Source of the DNA: an uncultured Planctomycetota bacterium
GTDB taxonomy: Bacteria > Planctomycetota > PLA2 > JAEUHO01
DNA: 64,000 nucleotides
Assembly: GCA_963752285.1 (NCBI GenBank)
Contig: CAVVXN010000005.1
Span: 736,001 to 800,000 of the forward strand
Direction of reading: 5' to 3'
Shown one piece after another: positions 57,534 to 64,000 of this stretch. The notes beneath the pieces were generated by a model. The model was not told the origin of the DNA, made no database searches, and saw only the letters and a list, made by a program, of their open reading frames with translations. Positions within the stretch are counted from its first letter, which is position 1. Each line of letters begins with the position of its first letter. The position numbers were made by a program, and so were the translations under genes.

Positions 57534-58001
57534 ATGACGCCTCGCGGAACGGTGCTCGCCATCGCGGTCCGCACGGAGCGGGACGGGCCGATGCGCACCG
57601 TCGAGACCGCGCGGGTCGAGCCCGACGGCTGGCTCGAGGGCGACCACGGCGCAAGCCCGCGCCGCGGCGTCACCTTCCTCGCGAAGGAGTCGTGGGACGC
57701 CGCGATGCGGGACCTCGGGGCCGACCTCCCCTGGTGGACGCGCCGGGCGAACGTCCTCGTCGAGGGCGTGGACCTCCTCCGACGCGTGGGGGGACGGCTG
57801 CGGGTCGGCGAGGTGCTCGTGTCGGTCGAGGGCGAGACGAAGCCCTGCGAGGTCATGGACCGCGCGCAGCCGGGCCTGAGGCGCGCCCTCGAGCCCGAGG
57901 GACGCGGCGGCGTGTATGGACGCGTGATCGAGGGCGGCACCATCGCGCCGGGGGACGCGGTCCTCGCCCTCGGCGGCGAGAACGAGGGTAGGGAGCGGTG
58001 A
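57534..58001 (+). CDS. MOSC domain-containing protein
   Basis: G.V..I, LEGD, R.VT, RRAN..VEG.DL, L.VGE, T.PC..MD, GRGG...RV..GG.I..GD.V. Confidence 0.9.
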   Translation: MTPRGTVLAIAVRTERDGPMRTVETARVEPDGWLEGDHGASPRRGVTFLAKESWDAAMRDLGADLPWWTRRANVLVEGVDLLRRVGGRLRVGEVLVSVEGETKPCEVMDRAQPGLRRALEPEGRGGVYGRVIEGGTIAPGDAVLALGGENEGRER

Positions 58002-58690
58002 TGCGGTGTTTCCTCCACTCCGGCGGCTACTTCCGAGACGCCCGGACCGAGATGCTCGACTACCTCGGCTCCGTCCGACGGCTCGTCTTCGTCCCGTTCG
58101 CCCTCCAGGACGTGGACATGTACACGGGCCGGGTGCGCGAGGTGGCGGGCGCCTGGGGCATCGAGATCACGGGCATCCACGAGCAGGGAGATCCCCGCGC
58201 GACGCTCGCGCGGGCCGACGCGGTCTTCGTGGGCGGCGGAAACACCTTCCGCTTGCTCTCGCGCCTCTACGAGGCGGACCTCCTCGAGCCGCTCCGGCAG
58301 GCGGTCCGGGACGGTCTTCCCTACCTCGGGAGCAGCGCGGGGAGCAACCTCGCATGCCCGACGATCATGACGACGAACGACATGCCGATCGTGTATCCCC
58401 CGTCGTTCGACGCGCTGGACATCGTGCCCTTCCAGATCAACCCGCACTACCTCGACCCCGACCCCGACTCCACACACCAGGGCGAGACGCGGGAGGTGAG
58501 GATCCGCGAGTACCACGAGATGAACGCGAACGCCGTGGTCGGGCTCCGCGAGGGGTCGCTGCTGCGTCGCGAGGGCGAAACGCTCGAGCTCCGGGGCTCG
58601 GTGGGGGCCCGGCTCTTCCGTCGCGGCCTGGAGCCGACCGAGCACGTGCCGGGCGACCGGCTCGACTTCCTCCTCGGCGTAGAGGCCTGA
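57998..58690 (+). CDS. pepE: Dipeptidase E (peptidase S51)
   Basis: FVPFA, FVGGGNTF.LL, YLGSSAG.N...PTI.TTNDMPI, PFQINPHY, H.GETRE.RI.E. Confidence 0.95.
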   Translation: MMRCFLHSGGYFRDARTEMLDYLGSVRRLVFVPFALQDVDMYTGRVREVAGAWGIEITGIHEQGDPRATLARADAVFVGGGNTFRLLSRLYEADLLEPLRQAVRDGLPYLGSSAGSNLACPTIMTTNDMPIVYPPSFDALDIVPFQINPHYLDPDPDSTHQGETREVRIREYHEMNANAVVGLREGSLLRREGETLELRGSVGARLFRRGLEPTEHVPGDRLDFLLGVEA

Positions 58691-58693
58691 CCC

Positions 58694-59665
58694 TTGGCGC
58701 GTCTTCCCGTCCGGCGGGACGACGTTCTCGCGGCGGCCGAACGCATCCACCCCTACGTCCACCGGACGCCGGTGTTCCGGTCGCGTCAGCTCGACGAGGC
58801 GACCGGCGCGCACGTCTTCTTGAAGTGCGAGAACCTCCAGCGCGTCGGTGCCTTCAAGATGCGCGGCGCGACGAACGCGATCGCGCGCCTCGACCCGCTC
58901 GTCCGGACGCGGGGCGTCGTCACGCACTCGAGCGGAAACCACGCCCAGGCGGTGGCCCTCGCGGCGCGCCTCTTCCACGTGGCCGCGACGATCGTGATGC
59001 CCGAGGGCGCCCCCGCCGTGAAGCGCGAGGCGACGGAGGGCTACGGCGCCCGGATCGTCCCCTGCCGCCCGACGCAGGCCGACCGCGAGTCGACGGCGGC
59101 CCGCGTGGTGGACGAGACCGGGGCCGCGCTGATCCCGCCGTACGACCACGCCGACGTGATCGCGGGCCAGGGCACGGCGGCGTGGGAGCTCCTGGAGGAC
59201 GTTCCCGACCTCGAGGCGGTCCTCGCGCCCGTGGGCGGAGGCGGCCTCCTCTCGGGCACGGCGGTCACGGCCTCGACATCTCCGGGCGTGCGCGTGATCG
59301 GCTGCGAGCCGGAGGGCGCCGACGACGCACGCCGCTCCCTCGGGTCGGGCGTCCGCGTGACCGAGCAGACGCCGGACACCATCTGCGACGGGCTCCGGAC
59401 CGTGCTCGGCGAGATCCCCTTCGCGATCCTCTCCGCGCTGGGCGTCCGCGTCGTGACGGTCACGGACGACGAGGTGCGCCTCGCGATGCGGTTCCTCCTC
59501 GAACGCACGAAGCTCGTGGTCGAGCCGTCGGGCGCGGTCCCGGTGGCGGCGCTCCTGGCCGGCAAGGTCGAGGACGTCCACGGCCGCCGCGTCGGCGCGA
59601 TCCTCTCGGGCGGCAACGTGGACCTCCGCGCCTGGGCCGACGCCTACGGCCGCGCGAAGCCGTAG
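58694..59665 (+). CDS. PLP-dependent serine/threonine dehydratase / serine racemase family protein (no ACT domain)
   Basis: KCENLQRVGAFKMRGA (PLP Lys), HSSGNHAQA, AGQGT, PVGGGGLLSG, EPSGA, SGGN. Confidence 0.93.
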   Translation: MARLPVRRDDVLAAAERIHPYVHRTPVFRSRQLDEATGAHVFLKCENLQRVGAFKMRGATNAIARLDPLVRTRGVVTHSSGNHAQAVALAARLFHVAATIVMPEGAPAVKREATEGYGARIVPCRPTQADRESTAARVVDETGAALIPPYDHADVIAGQGTAAWELLEDVPDLEAVLAPVGGGGLLSGTAVTASTSPGVRVIGCEPEGADDARRSLGSGVRVTEQTPDTICDGLRTVLGEIPFAILSALGVRVVTVTDDEVRLAMRFLLERTKLVVEPSGAVPVAALLAGKVEDVHGRRVGAILSGGNVDLRAWADAYGRAKP

Positions 59666-59806
59666 CCTCACGGCAGGGAGGGAACGCTCGTTCTCGTCTC
59701 GGCCGCTCGGGCCCTGGGCCTCGTTTCGGGAACGACGGTCGGCCGCCCGAGCGCGACGATCGAGGACGGTCGGATCGGGCGGCTTCGGCTCTCCGGTGCG
59801 CGGCGG

Positions 59807-61804
<1,998 letters not shown>

Positions 61805-61937
61805 TCGCCCGCCATTTCACGGCGCGCCGAGGGGCGCGCGGAACGATTCCCGGGACACGAGCCCGCGGCGTGGACCGGGCGGGCGGCGGCCGGGCGCGAG
61901 GAGAACGGGGAGGAGCCCGCGGCGCGCGGCGCGGGGA

Positions 61938-62026
61938 TGGTGCCGAAGGCGGGACTCGAACCCGCAAGACCGGTAAAGGTCACCAGGTCCTGAACCTGGC
62001 GCGTCTGCCAATTCCGCCACTTCGGC
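61938..62026 (-). tRNA. tRNA-Leu (CAG)
   Basis: Acceptor stem GCCGAAG/CTTCGGC plus ACCA, D-loop AATTGGCAGA, anticodon arm CCAGG-TTCAGGA-CCTGG, long variable arm, GGTTCGAGTCC T-loop. Confidence 0.97.
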
Positions 62027-62040
62027 CAAAGCAGGGGGGG

Positions 62041-62068
62041 ATCGTAGTCCCCGTGACCGCAGGGTCAA
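62041..62068 (-). promoter_or_regulatory. Putative sigma70 promoter of tRNA-Leu
   Basis: Minus strand TTGACC-N16-TACGAT ending 14 nt before the tRNA 5' end. Confidence 0.65.
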
Positions 62069-62104
62069 GGGCCGCGCCCTCGGGCGCCGCGCGGCGGGTC
62101 CCGT

Positions 62105-62142
62105 GGAGCGCCGGTCTACGGAGCGCCGGTCTACGGAGCGCC
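62105..62142. repeat. 15-bp tandem direct repeat (about 2.5 copies) spanning a stop codon
   Basis: GGAGCGCCGGTCTAC x2 plus GGAGCGCC. Confidence 0.85.
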
Positions 62143-63972
62143 CTTCGGCGTGAGGCACGAGCGACAGGTGCCGCACCAGTCCTGGGGGAGCGAGAGGACC
62201 TCTCCTGCGTCCGCCGGGACGACGACCGGCTTCGACATCAGGAAGGCGCCGGCCGGCGCGGCGACGGTCGGGTGGCCGCGGATCACGCCGCCCTGGCCGT
62301 CCGTGATCGACGAGCCGCCGACCGCCTGCCAGTGCATGAGGTACCCGCCGCCCGCCGTGGTGCACACGCTGTCGGTCCCCGAGGCCGGGCAGTTCAGGGT
62401 GTCGTCGACGAAGTCGTGCGTACCGTCCTGTTCGACCGTGTGGTAGAGGCCGAGGTAGTGGCCCAGCTCGTGCGCGGCGATGAGCCCGATGGTGCTCGTT
62501 CCGTAGCCGTCGTAGATGCTCATCACGCCGGAGACACCGGTCCCGTTCAGCTTGGGCCCGCCGATGGTCGCGGACACGCCGACGACGCCACCCCCGAACG
62601 CCACCTGGACGAAGTAGAGGTTCAGCCGGGTCCGTGTCGCGGCGGACGACAGGCGGAGCATGTTCGCGAACTCGGTGTTCGAGGTGACCTGGTCGAAGGA
62701 AGAGTCGGTGACGTCGTAGTAGTCGATGCTCCCGATCCGGACGCCCTGCTGGGAGAGGATCGAGTCGATGCGCGTCAGGATGGCCTGGAGGCGGTTGTCG
62801 GTCGCGGCCGTCGAGGCCTTCGGGGTGATGCCGTTCGCGAGCCACACGTTCAGGTCGAGCGTGCCGCCCGACGCGCCGCCGGCCGTACGTCGCTCGACGA
62901 TCGCGCGCACGATCATGTTCGCGCCGGTCCCCTGCAGGCGACGCAGCGAGAAGTGGTACGTGCCGCCGCCGGGGACGAGCTGGACGTTCGCGCGGTCCGT
63001 GTTCGGGACCGTCGCGTCGAAGACCTCCTGCTCCGGGTACCAGACGTAGGCGCCGGTGCCGGAGGAGTTCTCGTAGACCTTCCCGCCGGGGCCGGTCCAC
63101 GTGTCGAGGCCGATCACCGGGGTCGTGAACACGCCGTTCGGAATCGCGCCCTCGACGGTCACGGAGATCGCGTCGGCGGGGACGCTCACGGCGAGGACGG
63201 AGGTGCGTCCGCCCGAGTCGAGGGGGAGCGACCCGTAGTCGGTGACCTCCTCGTTCCCCGAGCCGACGGTCTCGGCCAAGACGGAGATGTCCACCCCGCC
63301 GCCGGGGTCCGCGGGACCGAGGACCAGGGTGCCGTCGTGGATGCCGGCCTGGGTGGGCGCGTACCGGATCGTCACGCTCGCGGTGGCGCCCGGGTCCACG
63401 GTCATGGGGAAGGGGCTCCCCACGACCGAGAAGAACGCGCCGGGCAGTGTGACGCCCGTGAACGTGACGGGGCTCAGCGTGCTCAGGTTGATCGCCTGGG
63501 CCGTGAGGTCCTTCGTCTGGGCCGCGTCGACGGCGCCGAAGTCGAGGCTCGGGGTCACCAGCCCCCAGGTCACCCTCTCCCCGGTCGCTCGCACGATCCA
63601 GGTGCGGTCCTCCGGGCCGCCGGGCCCCTCGAAACGAAGCGTCACGTCGCCCGACGCCACGCCCTCCCCGAGGGCGGCATGGACGAGGTGGAGCGTCGCG
63701 GACCCGCCGGCCGGCGCGGGCGCCGGGAGGTCGGTCTGGTCCACCGTGAAGGGGCCCGTCGCCAGCGCCTCGGTGACGGTCGCGTCGCCGGCGAGCGGAT
63801 TCGGGAAGGCGACCTCCGTGCGGTCCGGGACGGTCGAGGCGACGGTCCCGATGTCGAGCAGGCTCGGGGTCGGCTGCGAGGTCGTGCCGGACCCGCCTCC
63901 ACCACCGCACGCGCCGGCGAGGAGCAGGAGCGTGGCGAGCAGGGCGGAGCGTCGCGGCACGAGTCTGGGCAT
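62131..63972 (-). CDS. Lipoprotein with two Ig-like (choice-of-anchor D/PapD-like) domains and an M43/pappalysin-like zinc metallopeptidase domain
   Basis: Lipobox LAGA|C plus poly-Gly, LDFG.V...T.....N...PG....V.IRY.PT..G...G.L, AHELGHYLGLYHT (HExxHxxGxxH), YLMHW Met-turn. Confidence 0.88.
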   Translation of the reverse strand: MPRLVPRRSALLATLLLLAGACGGGGGSGTTSQPTPSLLDIGTVASTVPDRTEVAFPNPLAGDATVTEALATGPFTVDQTDLPAPAPAGGSATLHLVHAALGEGVASGDVTLRFEGPGGPEDRTWIVRATGERVTWGLVTPSLDFGAVDAAQTKDLTAQAINLSTLSPVTFTGVTLPGAFFSVVGSPFPMTVDPGATASVTIRYAPTQAGIHDGTLVLGPADPGGGVDISVLAETVGSGNEEVTDYGSLPLDSGGRTSVLAVSVPADAISVTVEGAIPNGVFTTPVIGLDTWTGPGGKVYENSSGTGAYVWYPEQEVFDATVPNTDRANVQLVPGGGTYHFSLRRLQGTGANMIVRAIVERRTAGGASGGTLDLNVWLANGITPKASTAATDNRLQAILTRIDSILSQQGVRIGSIDYYDVTDSSFDQVTSNTEFANMLRLSSAATRTRLNLYFVQVAFGGGVVGVSATIGGPKLNGTGVSGVMSIYDGYGTSTIGLIAAHELGHYLGLYHTVEQDGTHDFVDDTLNCPASGTDSVCTTAGGGYLMHWQAVGGSSITDGQGGVIRGHPTVAAPAGAFLMSKPVVVPADAGEVLSLPQDWCGTCRSCLTPKGAP

Positions 63973-64000
63973 GGCGGGGACTCCGCGAGGTGGGACCACA

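Noticed and set aside
61938..62026. tRNA as an integration site for a genomic island
   Set aside because: No integrase, no duplicated tRNA 3' end seen in the window, and the downstream gene is housekeeping thiC.

Overview
A very GC-rich bacterial chromosomal window with about 47 protein-coding genes, one tRNA-Leu(CAG) and a TPP riboswitch. I found no CRISPR array, integrase, transposase or prophage. The host is probably a Planctomycetota/PVC-like organism (inference from the TolC, MqnB, prenyltransferase-repeat, HEAT-repeat and DUF11/OmcB-like proteins). Housekeeping genes include the 3' end of mutL, leuS, tkt, acnA, thiC, mqnB, pepE, a Sir2 deacylase and a TrmH methylase. Transport is represented by a MacAB-TolC-type exporter operon and an ABC-2 exporter. 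The most interesting region is about 17.8-31.4 kb, a co-oriented set of exported Cys/Pro-rich proteins. Two paralogous lipoproteins are built from a 23-aa repeat arranged symmetrically (4+4 versus 3+3 copies); one has an OmcA-like N-terminus and the other an OmcB/DUF11-like C-terminal domain. They sit with an exported CxxC redoxin, a translationally coupled C39-like Cys peptidase, and a ~1,900-aa protein with ten Cys-containing SdrD-B-like repeats behind a sigma54-like promoter. I infer a candidate disulfide-crosslinked protein envelope or coat system. Other points of interest are an orphan PafC-like WYL regulator with a palindrome inside its promoter, a HExxH peptidase/ATP-grasp pair, a BNR+WD40 exported fusion, and several apparently leaderless genes. 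Start codons were re-chosen by eye from RBS, promoter and overlap evidence. All family calls come from motif recognition, not database searches.
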